A stretch of DNA of 64,000 bases, from the IMG/VR virus record IMGVR_UViG_3300037517_002612, positions 5,201 through 69,200 of that record; one strand, 5' to 3'. The stretch is from a virus. This document shows positions 18,658 through 29,945 of the stretch, piece by piece. Within the stretch, counting starts at the first letter, position 1, and each line of letters begins with the position of its first letter. The notes under the pieces are model-generated. The model did not search any database, was not told where the DNA came from, and saw nothing but the letters and a program-made list of their open reading frames with translations. The position numbers and the translations under genes were made by a program.

Positions 18658-20091
18658 GTGAGCAATAATACAGCATCGAGTCTATATACAAGTTTAATTA
18701 CTTCGATAGACCCACTTTTGGAAAAATTTGCCATCGGCCGTGAAATATTTGCCGCCTATGGAGATCAGCACTATAACGCAGCAATGCTTATCAAGTCGTT
18801 GACAAACAGTCAATCGGTTCCAGTGAACCAAGAGACTTATTACCATTTTGAAGATCTTCCAATTAACCAAAACCTTTTAACAGCAGCAGGTGGTCCATAC
18901 GTGGCAGCTTCTCCTGGTGCTTCGGTTGTAGTTAACTTGGCATTATCTAACAACTCTACTTTAAACGGACTTTTACCGGTACGTGAAAAGTGGACAATCG
19001 TTGACCCAAACAACAACCAAAGATTGTATCGTATCGAAACTGTAACAAACAGTGGAGTTACCCCTTCTATTACAATTGCACCGCTTGATCCTACAATCAC
19101 AATCTCTATCTCTGGTGGAGTGTTATTGAAAATTGGACCTTCGGCTTTTGGTGAAGGAACCGGACAACCAGGTGGAATTGTTACTCCTGTATTACGTAGA
19201 AACTTTAACCTTTCTATCTTAAAAGAAGGTTTAAATTTCTCTGGTTCAGAAGCTACCAACGAAGCTAGTGTTGACGCAGTATCGTTAGCAGGTATGTACA
19301 CCGCAGCTAATATCGAACTTCCTGCAGGTTTAGGTAATACCTACGTAGTAAGAAATGCAAAACAAATGGAGTTCCGTATGATGGAGCAACATGCTGACCT
19401 TTACTACTGGGGAGAGAAAAACACCAACACTTCTGTTGTTGTTGACTCAGGTACCGACGGTACAGTAAGATCATCTGAAGGGTTAAAAAGAACTACTACT
19501 TTATACGGAACTCCAATTCCTTATTCAGTTGGTTCAATGACCATGGGTATCTTCAGCCAGGCTGGTGATGCTTTAGATGCTCAATACGTTTCTCCTTCCA
19601 GAGCAATCCTTTGGTTACAAGGTAGAAAGCAGTACACTGAGGCTGAGTCATTATTGGCTACCAACAACTACTATACCGGTATCCGTTACGATAGAGATTC
19701 TTCTCTACCATATGTATATGGAGACGCTATGGCTGTTCAAGGTAAGAAATACAACTTCGCATTTATCGGAGTAGAACTTGGTGGATACAAATATGTATCT
19801 ATGAGAGAGCCTTTATTCACCGACCCTAACGGTACAGGTGCATTAGGTTACCCAGTTCCAAACTTAGGATTCATGTTGCCTTTGGCCTCCATGACTGATC
19901 CTGTTAATAAAGTATCGAGAGATACCGTTACAATGAGATATAAGTCATTGGGTGGTATTAACCGTGCTTACAAAACATGGGTGAGAGGTCAAGAGATCAC
20001 TAACGTGGATACTTACGATATCAACATGCAAGCCAACGTTTCTTACGAGTGGTTCGGAGCTAACAGATTTATCCAAGTTCAAGGTACCTAG
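18658..20091 (+). CDS. major capsid protein
   Basis: 477 aa, GTG start, strong codon bias, SAFGEGT and SEGL motifs, followed by a terminator. Confidence 0.8.
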   Translation: MSNNTASSLYTSLITSIDPLLEKFAIGREIFAAYGDQHYNAAMLIKSLTNSQSVPVNQETYYHFEDLPINQNLLTAAGGPYVAASPGASVVVNLALSNNSTLNGLLPVREKWTIVDPNNNQRLYRIETVTNSGVTPSITIAPLDPTITISISGGVLLKIGPSAFGEGTGQPGGIVTPVLRRNFNLSILKEGLNFSGSEATNEASVDAVSLAGMYTAANIELPAGLGNTYVVRNAKQMEFRMMEQHADLYYWGEKNTNTSVVVDSGTDGTVRSSEGLKRTTTLYGTPIPYSVGSMTMGIFSQAGDALDAQYVSPSRAILWLQGRKQYTEAESLLATNNYYTGIRYDRDSSLPYVYGDAMAVQGKKYNFAFIGVELGGYKYVSMREPLFTDPNGTGALGYPVPNLGFMLPLASMTDPVNKVSRDTVTMRYKSLGGINRAYKTWVRGQEITNVDTYDINMQANVSYEWFGANRFIQVQGT

Positions 20092-20108
20092 TACTTGATC
20101 GAAATATT

Positions 20109-20144
20109 AAAAACCCTGGTAATTAATTTTATCAGGGTTTTTTT
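20109..20144 (+). terminator. intrinsic terminator
   Basis: AACCCTG/CAGGGTT + T-run. Confidence 0.8.
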
Positions 20145-20202
20145 ATTTCAAATATATTACTATTTTTACCGAGAATTAGGTAATAATTAAAACAAAACCG
20201 TT

Positions 20203-21264
20203 ATGATACTTATTGATAAGAAAAAAGCAGTCTTCGCAAAATCTTACATTACAAAGAAGAAAAATGAAATTGGAGACGGAAGATACGTCCAGTCACCACA
20301 GGAGCTTTTATCCAAACTACCAACAAACAAAGAAGGTTACTTCGTACAGGTAGGTCCGGCAGGTAGCCCCATCTTATTAAACGATACCTTCCACGGAACC
20401 ATCGAATATAACGATGCAGGTGAAATTACTGGATTTGACTTCTCTAAAAAGAGAGCAGAGGCAGGTCCTCATTTAGTTCACTTCTGTAATACAGCTACCA
20501 TTGAACCGGATGGAGTGCATTACAGAGACATGAAGCCTGAGTACTATCAATCATACGGCCATAGAAATGGAAACGCTACCATCGTTATTCAACAAGAAGA
20601 TGTAGAACTTTATATTTTCCTATCAGATTTCTGTAGAAAAGTAAAGAACTCTTTAAATGCACATGCTAATACCATCAAGGATTACGTGCTAGAAATCTCT
20701 AATCCAGAGAAGAGTGCCGCAGAAGAAGCCTCAAAACGCAGACCAAGATTAAAAGCCGAAAGACTTATCTTCGAAGATCCTACAGAAGGTGGTATGACAG
20801 AAGCACAATTAGACATGGTTGCCCGTCACCTTGGACTACCAATTGAACAATATAAAACTACAGCCCTTAAACAGAAAGCTATATGGGCCGCAATCGTAGC
20901 AGACGAAACATCTCGTAAACTATCCGGTGATTCTGATGTTTATGGCTACGAATTCTTAGCTAAACTATCTGAGAACAAAGGCCCAGACTTTAAGTTAAGG
21001 GAATTAGTTACCCTTGCTTTAAAAGAAAGATGTATCTCTATGGATACTAAGAGAAAGATGTTTGTATTTATAGGAGGACCTAATGATGACATCATTGGAA
21101 CCATTTGTCCATACGACGACGCAGCACCTATTAAGATAAACGTCCTCATCACTTATCTGAAGTTCAACCCAGAGGTGGAGGAAAGAATTCACAAACTTGT
21201 CTACGGGGATTTCGAACCGGAACAAACCCCGAAAGTTAAAAAAGCAGGGACCGCAAAAGCATAA
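20203..21264 (+). CDS. hypothetical protein (post-MCP position)
   Basis: 353-aa ORF with its own promoter-like box and terminator. Confidence 0.7.
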   Translation: MILIDKKKAVFAKSYITKKKNEIGDGRYVQSPQELLSKLPTNKEGYFVQVGPAGSPILLNDTFHGTIEYNDAGEITGFDFSKKRAEAGPHLVHFCNTATIEPDGVHYRDMKPEYYQSYGHRNGNATIVIQQEDVELYIFLSDFCRKVKNSLNAHANTIKDYVLEISNPEKSAAEEASKRRPRLKAERLIFEDPTEGGMTEAQLDMVARHLGLPIEQYKTTALKQKAIWAAIVADETSRKLSGDSDVYGYEFLAKLSENKGPDFKLRELVTLALKERCISMDTKRKMFVFIGGPNDDIIGTICPYDDAAPIKINVLITYLKFNPEVEERIHKLVYGDFEPEQTPKVKKAGTAKA

Positions 21265-21275
21265 ATTTTCAAGAG

Positions 21276-21296
21276 AGGGGCATTAGCCCCTTTTTT
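21276..21296 (+). terminator. intrinsic terminator
   Basis: AGGGGC/GCCCCT + TTTTT. Confidence 0.75.
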
Positions 21297-21334
21297 GTTG
21301 TAATTATTTTCTATTTTTGGTAAAAATATATCAA

Positions 21335-23500
21335 ATGGCAACTACCATCTCAGTAACCTCAACAATCATTACTTCAACACACGTTTTTAAAGCAGATGAC
21401 GTTACGGACTATAGTGCCGTTACCTATTTTGTAGACTCTAAATCAGTCCTCAAATTACAGGGACCATCCGCAACTTTATATAACAACACGAATTTTGCGT
21501 CTCCAGATTTTAACTATCCTGGAACATTAACCAAGTCAATTGTTATTCCTTTAATCAGTGGACTTATCCCACAAGGAGGTTATATCTTAACCACCACAAC
21601 AAAAATCACAAAGACCTGCCCAATCATTGACGTAAACCTTGGATCAAACTACATCCTAGTTGATCTTGCGTTATTGGATAACTTCATAGCAGGACAATCA
21701 ATTGTATTAGCCGGAGGACCAAACGCAGGTACCTACGAAATTCAATCAGTATCTTCCAACGCATTCGGCACTATCCTAACATTGGTAGAAGCCTTAGTTT
21801 CAGATACAGCAACAGATACAGTTACATTTGACGAGACAGTAGAAACCATTGGAGACTACACTTATTGCTACACAGCCCCATCAGGAGTATTAACGCTGGA
21901 GGCTACTTGTGAATCGGCTATCTTAACAGCAACCGACAACACCAACTACGCAATCACTTGTGAGGGAGAAAGTATTCTTCCAACCACCAATACCAAACTT
22001 ATTACGATCGACGCACCACTTAACTCAGGTGGTACACCAGTATATCCTCAAACAACATCATCGGTATCACCGGTAGTTATTCCTGAGTTATGGACGCAAA
22101 CATGGACAGGTAGCCTAACCGCAACACTTGTTTATACACTTCCTTCAGGCTTGATTATAAATACGTCGGTAACAACAACAACTCATTTAGACGTTGCTTG
22201 TGATGACTCTTTATGTTGCATGAGCACTTGCCTTCAAAACGCAACCAATACCTTCTTAACAGCAGTATCGTGTAACTCTAACCTAAACGCAATACTATCA
22301 GCAACGGTTCAGTATAATAAAATACTTGGAGCCTTTATGATGTATTCGGTAGGAGTTAGATGCGGAAACACAACTATCATTGACACTGCAGTAGCAAACA
22401 TGAAGTCCTATCTTTCGGATACTGATTGTTGTAATAACTGTAGTGATACAGGACAGTCTACTCAGATTGTGGCTATATACAACGTAGTTATCTCTGGAAA
22501 TACCTTAGTGGTTCAGTCAGGTGACGCTTACATTGATATATCACAATCTGTAGTTGGAGATGTTACTACCGCAACGTTTACATTAGACGTTGCAGCAGTT
22601 CAAGCTTTAATTGCGTCGTATATAAACAATAACATCGACATCATTACCGATATTGTAGATGCGCTTAAACTAAGAGTATCCACCTTCAGTAACGACAGTA
22701 CAGCATATGATGTTCCAATTTCATTTGACGCAGACACCTCAACAGGTAGCCCAATCATTGATAACGTAGTCTTCTCCACAGGAGCCTTAACAGACATAGC
22801 TGCAGGAGACCCAGTATCAATGCAAGATTTCCCAGTAGGAACAACCATCTCTACAATTAATCTTGACGGAAGCATTACTCTTAGTGCAAACTCTACCGGA
22901 ACAAGCGTAGGTCAAGTAGCACTTATTAGATCAGAGTATGAAGGAATAAGAGCTGATAGATTTAAAAGAACACTTGCCGGTGTGGTTGGATATTATTATA
23001 AAATTGTACTTAATTATCAAAACTCAATAGTTATTGATTCGACAACTGGGGCCGTACACCTTTCAGGAGATGTGCCAAATCCAGGAACAAACAAAGTATA
23101 TAAAACAAACGCAGTCGGAGTAAGAGAGTGGGGATCACCAGTGCCTAGCATATTCACACAAAATGCCGGAGGAACAGTAACCTCAAATACATCTTATGCC
23201 TTAGCAACAATTACCCCAACAACAATTGGCACTTATGCGATTATGTTAAGCTGCCAAGTAGATGCCGGTGGTGCCGCAAATGCCTATAGAATATCAATAT
23301 ACAAAAATGGAGCTTTAATAAATACAAGAGCCGTATTCTACAATACATCAACAAGCGGAGGTATTGACTCTGTAAGCATTGTTACTGAAGAAACCCTTAT
23401 TGATGCAGATGCTATTACATTATTTATGGAGGTTACATCAGTAGGCGGATCAACAGCAGATATTTCTAATATTTCAGCAGTCTTAATGAGAATAGCATAA
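21335..23500 (+). CDS. virion structural protein (fibre/collar-like)
   Basis: T/S/V-rich beta composition, Cys clusters (CDDSLCC, DCCNNC), C1q-like C-terminus; ATG 21335. Confidence 0.6.
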   Translation: MATTISVTSTIITSTHVFKADDVTDYSAVTYFVDSKSVLKLQGPSATLYNNTNFASPDFNYPGTLTKSIVIPLISGLIPQGGYILTTTTKITKTCPIIDVNLGSNYILVDLALLDNFIAGQSIVLAGGPNAGTYEIQSVSSNAFGTILTLVEALVSDTATDTVTFDETVETIGDYTYCYTAPSGVLTLEATCESAILTATDNTNYAITCEGESILPTTNTKLITIDAPLNSGGTPVYPQTTSSVSPVVIPELWTQTWTGSLTATLVYTLPSGLIINTSVTTTTHLDVACDDSLCCMSTCLQNATNTFLTAVSCNSNLNAILSATVQYNKILGAFMMYSVGVRCGNTTIIDTAVANMKSYLSDTDCCNNCSDTGQSTQIVAIYNVVISGNTLVVQSGDAYIDISQSVVGDVTTATFTLDVAAVQALIASYINNNIDIITDIVDALKLRVSTFSNDSTAYDVPISFDADTSTGSPIIDNVVFSTGALTDIAAGDPVSMQDFPVGTTISTINLDGSITLSANSTGTSVGQVALIRSEYEGIRADRFKRTLAGVVGYYYKIVLNYQNSIVIDSTTGAVHLSGDVPNPGTNKVYKTNAVGVREWGSPVPSIFTQNAGGTVTSNTSYALATITPTTIGTYAIMLSCQVDAGGAANAYRISIYKNGALINTRAVFYNTSTSGGIDSVSIVTEETLIDADAITLFMEVTSVGGSTADISNISAVLMRIA

Positions 23501-24300
23501 TGACGTTAGATCAAATATTACAACACGCTTATTCGCGTCTAAACAAAGACCAATCTGGTAACACCTATGGTCCAGATCAATTTAATATTGACCTACCATT
23601 TTTCCTATATACTTTCCTAAATAAAAGATATGGGATACCTGCCAATTGGTTACCAGGACTTAAAATGCCTACGTTTGGATTTGAGGTGACGCAATTAATG
23701 ACAGACGACCTTGCACCATTAAAAGTAGTTATGGGAGGAAATGGACCATCAGATCCAGGAACACTTGCCGTTAACAGCAACGGAATAGCAACACTCCCTA
23801 CAGACTACTTTCACTACTCTGCCTTAAACGGAGCAGTGACAGACGGCACCTGTAATGATATGAGCTTACCAGCCATTGAGGTTTGCACCGACCAACAGTT
23901 CAGCGAAAACCTAACCCACTACTCAAGAAACAAATATCTTAGACAGGAGCCCTATTGTAACTTCCAAAACGGAGTTATTGAGTTCCGTCCAAAGGATATA
24001 GGCATGGTAAGGTTTGCGTACCTTAAAACACCTACAAATCCATTCTACGATTATTACACAGTGGTTGCCACAGCAGAAATTGTCTTCTTACAAGAAGGAC
24101 AATCATTCACCGCTACAGCAGCAAACATGTACAGAACAGGAGCCGTAGCAGGAACATTCACATCACAAACAGTAGAACTTCCAGTAGCAGAATACCTACA
24201 CGGGGACTTCGCAAACATGATAGTAGATCTCATGTCCGATAATCTACGTTCACAATACATGAAACAATCATCAGCTATCAGGGAGGGTAAAGACGCATGA
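23500..24300 (+). CDS. tail ring/adaptor protein
   Basis: LNKDQSG...FN, LPTDY, YLKTP motifs resembling crAss-like ring proteins. Confidence 0.65.
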   Translation: MTLDQILQHAYSRLNKDQSGNTYGPDQFNIDLPFFLYTFLNKRYGIPANWLPGLKMPTFGFEVTQLMTDDLAPLKVVMGGNGPSDPGTLAVNSNGIATLPTDYFHYSALNGAVTDGTCNDMSLPAIEVCTDQQFSENLTHYSRNKYLRQEPYCNFQNGVIEFRPKDIGMVRFAYLKTPTNPFYDYYTVVATAEIVFLQEGQSFTATAANMYRTGAVAGTFTSQTVELPVAEYLHGDFANMIVDLMSDNLRSQYMKQSSAIREGKDA

Positions 24301-24956
24301 AAAAGATAGAGATACTTGAAAGAGCAGAAGCAGAATTGGCCGGTGGAAACATGACGGCTGATATGAAGTCGAGATACCCACGATGGCTTGTTAGACAAGT
24401 TTTGTCCAAAGGCTATGACTCTATATTAGGAGATGCCTACGAACAATACCGACAAGGGATATTCGCAAAGAACCAATTCCTTTTAGACAACTACACCGTA
24501 ACCTTTACCCCAACAACAAACCCACCTGTAGTAGTCCAGTATGACACCGAAAGGAAACGCTACTATTGTGACCTGCCTAAATCAGTATTGGTGCTTAAAC
24601 ACAACGAAGGCATACGCTTAGTTTGCCCCGTAGAAAACGAGGCAGGAGCCGCCATCCCAATACAGAGTACTGCGTCGGTTATAAGAAAACCACTAACAGT
24701 AAGTGCAATAAACCCAAGGTTCACATATACATTAGAGGGGACCAAGAGAATATGGTTCACTTTCCCAATAGTACCATACACCGCTTTAATGATTAAAATG
24801 GTAGTGCCATTCGATGAGTTGGAAGATTTTGATGAAGTAGATGAACCAGCCATTATGACAAAGAACGGTATATATACCCTCTATAACTACGTTATGGAAA
24901 ACCTATTAAGAATGCCAATAACAAAGCAAACTGAAAACAACAATCCTACAGCCTAA
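24297..24956 (+). CDS. tail ring protein
   Basis: Position and size in the ring gene series; YCDLP. Confidence 0.55.
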   Translation: MKKIEILERAEAELAGGNMTADMKSRYPRWLVRQVLSKGYDSILGDAYEQYRQGIFAKNQFLLDNYTVTFTPTTNPPVVVQYDTERKRYYCDLPKSVLVLKHNEGIRLVCPVENEAGAAIPIQSTASVIRKPLTVSAINPRFTYTLEGTKRIWFTFPIVPYTALMIKMVVPFDELEDFDEVDEPAIMTKNGIYTLYNYVMENLLRMPITKQTENNNPTA

Positions 24957-25708
24957 TGTACACAAACGGATTTTTAACCATAGATGAAATTGTAAGCGAC
25001 CTACAATACAGAGGGCAGGATTACTCATTGACCAACTATGACTATTGGTTCCACCTCGTTATTAAAGGCCTTCAGAAAATCAACGTGTACAACCTACGCA
25101 CATCAAACGTTGCGTATCTACCCCTAACCACAACAAACATTATACAACTCCCTTCCGATTATATTGACTACATCCAAATAGGGGTAGTAAACGGATCGGG
25201 AGTATTTAAGCCACTAACCTACGACCCAAACATATTCCCAGTACCACAGGCAGATTGTGGGGAAGATACCTCTACCGTACTACACGCAGACAAAGTATCA
25301 GAAGCCCCAATAGCAGGACTTCCAGGGCCCTATATTTTGTACGGAGAAACACTGCCAGTAGTATATGGTGCGACAGGGGGATACAACGCAGGATACTATA
25401 ATGTAAATAGACAGGACAACCAATTGTATATTTCAGGATTACCAGTAGGAACCGCAATTGCAGTAGAGTACAAAACCAGTGGTGTTAGCTTAACAGGACT
25501 TACTATGATACGGCAACAGTGCCAAGAGGCTTTAATTTCTTGGTGCATGATGACAGCACAACAGTTTGGAGTTATTCAGTCACAAACAAATTGGGCAAAT
25601 AAATATTACGGAGACGAGGCCGAACTTGAGTCACTTGACCAAGCGTTAACCTCTCAAGAATTACAAGACATACTTTACGGAACTTGGAAACAATCACCTA
25701 AGAGATAA
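24956..25708 (+). CDS. tail ring protein
   Basis: TIDEIV, LPSDYIDY, AVEY motifs. Confidence 0.6.
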   Translation: MYTNGFLTIDEIVSDLQYRGQDYSLTNYDYWFHLVIKGLQKINVYNLRTSNVAYLPLTTTNIIQLPSDYIDYIQIGVVNGSGVFKPLTYDPNIFPVPQADCGEDTSTVLHADKVSEAPIAGLPGPYILYGETLPVVYGATGGYNAGYYNVNRQDNQLYISGLPVGTAIAVEYKTSGVSLTGLTMIRQQCQEALISWCMMTAQQFGVIQSQTNWANKYYGDEAELESLDQALTSQELQDILYGTWKQSPKR

Positions 25709-28700
25709 TGCAAGATAACAGGCAACAAACCATAGAGTTTAAATATACCGGACTAGACCAGGACAGCGATCAAAGATTAATGAACCCTGGGGATAGCCGC
25801 TATCGCCTTAATTGTATTAACGACAGTACCGATGATGGACTATTAGGGGACATTCAGAATATTAAGGGAAACGCAATTTATCCATACGATGCGCCAGCCG
25901 GAACAAATAAGGTTATTGGTAGCTGTAAGGATACGCAGAATAACGCGATAGTTTTCTTCGTTTATAACTCAAATGGAGATCATCAAATAAGACGTTTCTA
26001 CCCAGACACATTAGCAAACGAACTTATCCTACAAAGTGAAGAGTTAAACTTTCAGGCCAACTTCCGTATTTACCACGCAAATATCATTAACGGATTGCTG
26101 TATTGGACAGACGGTTGGTTTGAGGACTTCGAATACGGATCCAACAATAAACTTAATTACAACCCCCCAAGGAAGATAAATATCCAAAAAGCAATTGACG
26201 GTGACCCTGGTTATTCACCTATTACATTTGAAACACTAGATAGGATTAAATACCAACCACCAACAACAGCTTCTCTTAGGTATATTTATGATGCGGCAAA
26301 CGCAATTAACTACGTCTACGGAAAACTATATCAAGTCACCTACCGTTACATTTGTGATGATAAAGAAGTAACAACATGGGCATCACTCAGCAAAGCCCTA
26401 CTACCTGTTTATAACTACAAGGATAATAACGTTTTTGAGCTATTAGAAAACACCCTTGGTATTACATTATGGACAGGATCAGAGATAGTTACCGACATTG
26501 AAATAGCATTGAGAATAAATGATTCTTACTTTATCATATCAAGACTAAACAAAGCTGAGGCCGGTATAGGATCAAATACACTATACGAATATAATTACAA
26601 CGGTATTGGCTATAAGGAAAACCTATTGGCAGAAGATTTTCTACGTCCATTTGATTACGTCCCACAAATATCACAAACCCAAGACATTGTAGGAGGCAGA
26701 ATAACAGATGGAAACGTTACAGAAAACTACGACAATCTTGACCTTGATATGGAGTTTGAGTTTATTAGGTATGATAAAACCACAGATATTCGATCAACAA
26801 GCCCAGATATTATCAATACAGCAGACCCAAATACATTCCCTTGGGGAACAGGTATAAACACCATGCAATATCCCTTGTGCACATTTAAAAGCGAAGGGGT
26901 ATATCAACCCTGCATAATCTATAAAGATAGAGCTAAGAGGTCGGGAGTGGCACAAACAAAAGAAGAATACATCTTATTAAGCCCATCATATAACGTTGGG
27001 TTATTCCCGCTTAATGGAATGTTATTGGATCCATTAAAGCTAAGATACACTATTAACCATGAGCCGCCTGTTTGGGCAAAGTACTATTCGTTTGGACTAA
27101 CCAAAGAACTTAGTTACATTAAAAAACAGCAAATACTTCTTACTGCTAGGAACTTTAATTTAAGAGATGGCAAGATTAAACTACCATTACAAACTGGATA
27201 TACATTTACTGAAGGAGATAAAATAAAACTTATTTCAGTAATGACACCCCAATCAAATGCTCCAGACGATCTTTATACCTACGCAGACCAGATTGCAGAT
27301 TACTTTTATCTACCATTTAGCAACTCGAACAACTACACCGTAGATCAACAGGTAAGCACATTTAACTATAAGGTAGATGAGTACGATCCCGCAACATTCG
27401 AAATTGTATTAACAAAGGGCGATGCAGCCGATATGAAAAACTACATTCAAGGAGAAATAGTTCCGGATCCAACAAAGGTATCAGCATTTCCATATTATAG
27501 TAACTATTACTACCTAATTGAGATATACAATAATAACAGAGATACAACAGAAAATAAAGTGTTTTATGAGGTAGGAGAAGACTTCGAAATTGGAAACGCA
27601 TATACCCCCTCCAGATACCACAAGTGCTCTGTACAAAACCAAGTTAATGGTGGACAACCAGCAATTGGAGAAGTATATGGGTTTGACGCATATCTTAGAA
27701 GAAAGAAAACACTACTAAACGACCAATCAATCTTATTAGATATTTTTACTCCAGCGTATTTTGTTCATACATCTTCAGTAGATAACACCATAGCATTCCC
27801 AACAGCATGGCTTCAGGCATTTAACAATTCAAACCTTGATATCAACGGAGATTATAGCGGAACAGCCTTAATTACAAATACGCAGTTTTTAGGATATGTA
27901 GGTTTTGGACAACCGGAAGAGGACCTGTTAACAAATACTATTATTATTTCACAAATATCTGGATCATGGACACCGCTTCCTCCAGCCAATACATATCCTA
28001 CATACATTAGCTTCTTTGGAACACAGGAAATTTATCCATGGTTAGAAGACGAAGCATTCGCAGATGACTACCCATCTACAGTTTACAACGACGGTAGAGT
28101 AAACTCAAACCTTGAAACCCTTGGTAGAAAGAACTACATATCAAGACTACGTTGGTCCGGCCCGTTATTTGAGAATACCCTTACAAACGAATTATCAACA
28201 GTATTTGAAGGATCATATAAAGACCTATCAGAAACGTATAACGAGATAAGCCGGATAAGACAAGTGGGTGATACCCTACGTGTACGACAGAAGAACAAGA
28301 TGTCATCGTTCTACATCGACAAGAACATGCTTAACGTTAATGAAGGTGTAGCAAACGTCGGACAATCCGCAGACTTCCTATCTACACCTAACCTATACGA
28401 TGAGTATTACGGATCCTCTACCCCAGGTTCCGACTCCATAAGCACCAGGACAACTTACTTCATGGACCTCCTTCACGGCCTTATTATACGGGACGCAGGT
28501 AACAAGCCCATCCCTATTTCTGGTGATGACGATAACCCGAACGATCAGTTTAAAATGGCAAAGTTCTTTAGGGACCTATGTAAAAACATCAGAGCCGTTG
28601 GAGAAGACAGCTTTAATATCATCAGTTGTTGGGATGAGTTCTCATCACTATATACCTTAACAGTACAGGACCTAAGAACCGTATTCAATACCATCCCAGA

Positions 28701-29238
28701 CCAATCCATGACCATTGTATTCCACGAGCCTACAAACAGGTGGAAGTCTTTCATGTCATATATTCCTGAGTGGTACGAAACCATGGGGCAATTCCTAGTT
28801 TCATTTAAGAATGCACAACCTTATTTACACTACACCAACCCAACAAGGAATAACTTCTTTGGTACCCAATATGGACAGGAGATAAGGGTAACAGCCAACA
28901 TTGCACGAAACACCGTTAAAATTTTTAACAATCTTGACGTGTATTCTAATATTGCCTGGGAGATACCTACTATTAATATCCCATCTACCCCAAACTCACC
29001 TAACGGAATGCTATCTGCTTTACCAGCAGCAAGGTTTAAAGCGAAAGAGGGGGTGTGGCACGCATCTTTCTTGAGAGATAAAAACGACCCCAAATATCCT
29101 ATCGCACCTTTAGCTTTAATTAACGGCAGAAGATTGCGTGGTGAAACAATTGAACTTGTTATGACAAATACTTCAACAAGTTTAGTATATTTGAGGGCAT
29201 TAAATATTTATATTAATCCATCTGAACTTACACTATAA
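25708..29238 (+). CDS. tail stabilisation / muzzle protein (P22 gp10-like)
   Basis: GLDQDSD.RL, LLYWTDG, PPRKINI, WKSFMSY.PE, NNFFG.QY, KEG.W, LRG motifs. Confidence 0.8.
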   Translation: MQDNRQQTIEFKYTGLDQDSDQRLMNPGDSRYRLNCINDSTDDGLLGDIQNIKGNAIYPYDAPAGTNKVIGSCKDTQNNAIVFFVYNSNGDHQIRRFYPDTLANELILQSEELNFQANFRIYHANIINGLLYWTDGWFEDFEYGSNNKLNYNPPRKINIQKAIDGDPGYSPITFETLDRIKYQPPTTASLRYIYDAANAINYVYGKLYQVTYRYICDDKEVTTWASLSKALLPVYNYKDNNVFELLENTLGITLWTGSEIVTDIEIALRINDSYFIISRLNKAEAGIGSNTLYEYNYNGIGYKENLLAEDFLRPFDYVPQISQTQDIVGGRITDGNVTENYDNLDLDMEFEFIRYDKTTDIRSTSPDIINTADPNTFPWGTGINTMQYPLCTFKSEGVYQPCIIYKDRAKRSGVAQTKEEYILLSPSYNVGLFPLNGMLLDPLKLRYTINHEPPVWAKYYSFGLTKELSYIKKQQILLTARNFNLRDGKIKLPLQTGYTFTEGDKIKLISVMTPQSNAPDDLYTYADQIADYFYLPFSNSNNYTVDQQVSTFNYKVDEYDPATFEIVLTKGDAADMKNYIQGEIVPDPTKVSAFPYYSNYYYLIEIYNNNRDTTENKVFYEVGEDFEIGNAYTPSRYHKCSVQNQVNGGQPAIGEVYGFDAYLRRKKTLLNDQSILLDIFTPAYFVHTSSVDNTIAFPTAWLQAFNNSNLDINGDYSGTALITNTQFLGYVGFGQPEEDLLTNTIIISQISGSWTPLPPANTYPTYISFFGTQEIYPWLEDEAFADDYPSTVYNDGRVNSNLETLGRKNYISRLRWSGPLFENTLTNELSTVFEGSYKDLSETYNEISRIRQVGDTLRVRQKNKMSSFYIDKNMLNVNEGVANVGQSADFLSTPNLYDEYYGSSTPGSDSISTRTTYFMDLLHGLIIRDAGNKPIPISGDDDNPNDQFKMAKFFRDLCKNIRAVGEDSFNIISCWDEFSSLYTLTVQDLRTVFNTIPDQSMTIVFHEPTNRWKSFMSYIPEWYETMGQFLVSFKNAQPYLHYTNPTRNNFFGTQYGQEIRVTANIARNTVKIFNNLDVYSNIAWEIPTINIPSTPNSPNGMLSALPAARFKAKEGVWHASFLRDKNDPKYPIAPLALINGRRLRGETIELVMTNTSTSLVYLRALNIYINPSELTL

Positions 29239-29942
29239 TGGATCCACTATCAGCAGTAATGGCAGGAATACAAGGGGGAACTGGAATTATCCAACTCCTT
29301 TCAGGTCTTTTTGGACAACAAGAAAGACCCAAATACGATATTCCAACAGCAGCAACAGAGTCTCTTAACGTAGCAAAGGGATTAGCCGGACAAACAAAAC
29401 TTCCAGGACAGGATATTTACGAAACGCAGTTAGGAGAGAAGACCGCTAACATGACTAAGAACATCGAGAGAATGGGCGGTGGTGGTTCTGGCCTTGGCAC
29501 CCTATCAAACATATATGCTCAAGAGGCAGGGGCCAAAAGAAACCTTGCCGTTGACGCAGCTAAATACTACCAACAAAACCAAAGAGGTTTACAAGGAGCT
29601 CTTGGGCAATATGCTGGATGGCAAGATAAAAAATGGCAAAACGACGTTGGGCAACCAGCAGCAGATAAAAACGCAGCGACAAGTGCATCTATTCAAGCAG
29701 GTATGAGTAACGCATTTGCAGCAGGAAATAACATTGCAGGCATGAACTTCTACGAAAACCTGTATAATCCAAAGACGCAGAATTCTACGTCTACTCCAAA
29801 AACACAGATTTTACAATCGTACGCTAATCCATTAGGAAGCCCAAAATCTAATGCCATATCTAATTCGGCAACAGCTACCGCTAATGGATTGTTTACTCCT
29901 GAAATGTTACAAATTTTAATGGGACAACTTAGACAAGTTTAA
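29238..29942 (+). CDS. ejection/cargo protein 1
   Basis: G/A/Q-rich with a hydrophobic N-terminus; first gene after the muzzle. Confidence 0.6.
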   Translation: MDPLSAVMAGIQGGTGIIQLLSGLFGQQERPKYDIPTAATESLNVAKGLAGQTKLPGQDIYETQLGEKTANMTKNIERMGGGGSGLGTLSNIYAQEAGAKRNLAVDAAKYYQQNQRGLQGALGQYAGWQDKKWQNDVGQPAADKNAATSASIQAGMSNAFAAGNNIAGMNFYENLYNPKTQNSTSTPKTQILQSYANPLGSPKSNAISNSATATANGLFTPEMLQILMGQLRQV

Positions 29943-29945
29943 AAG

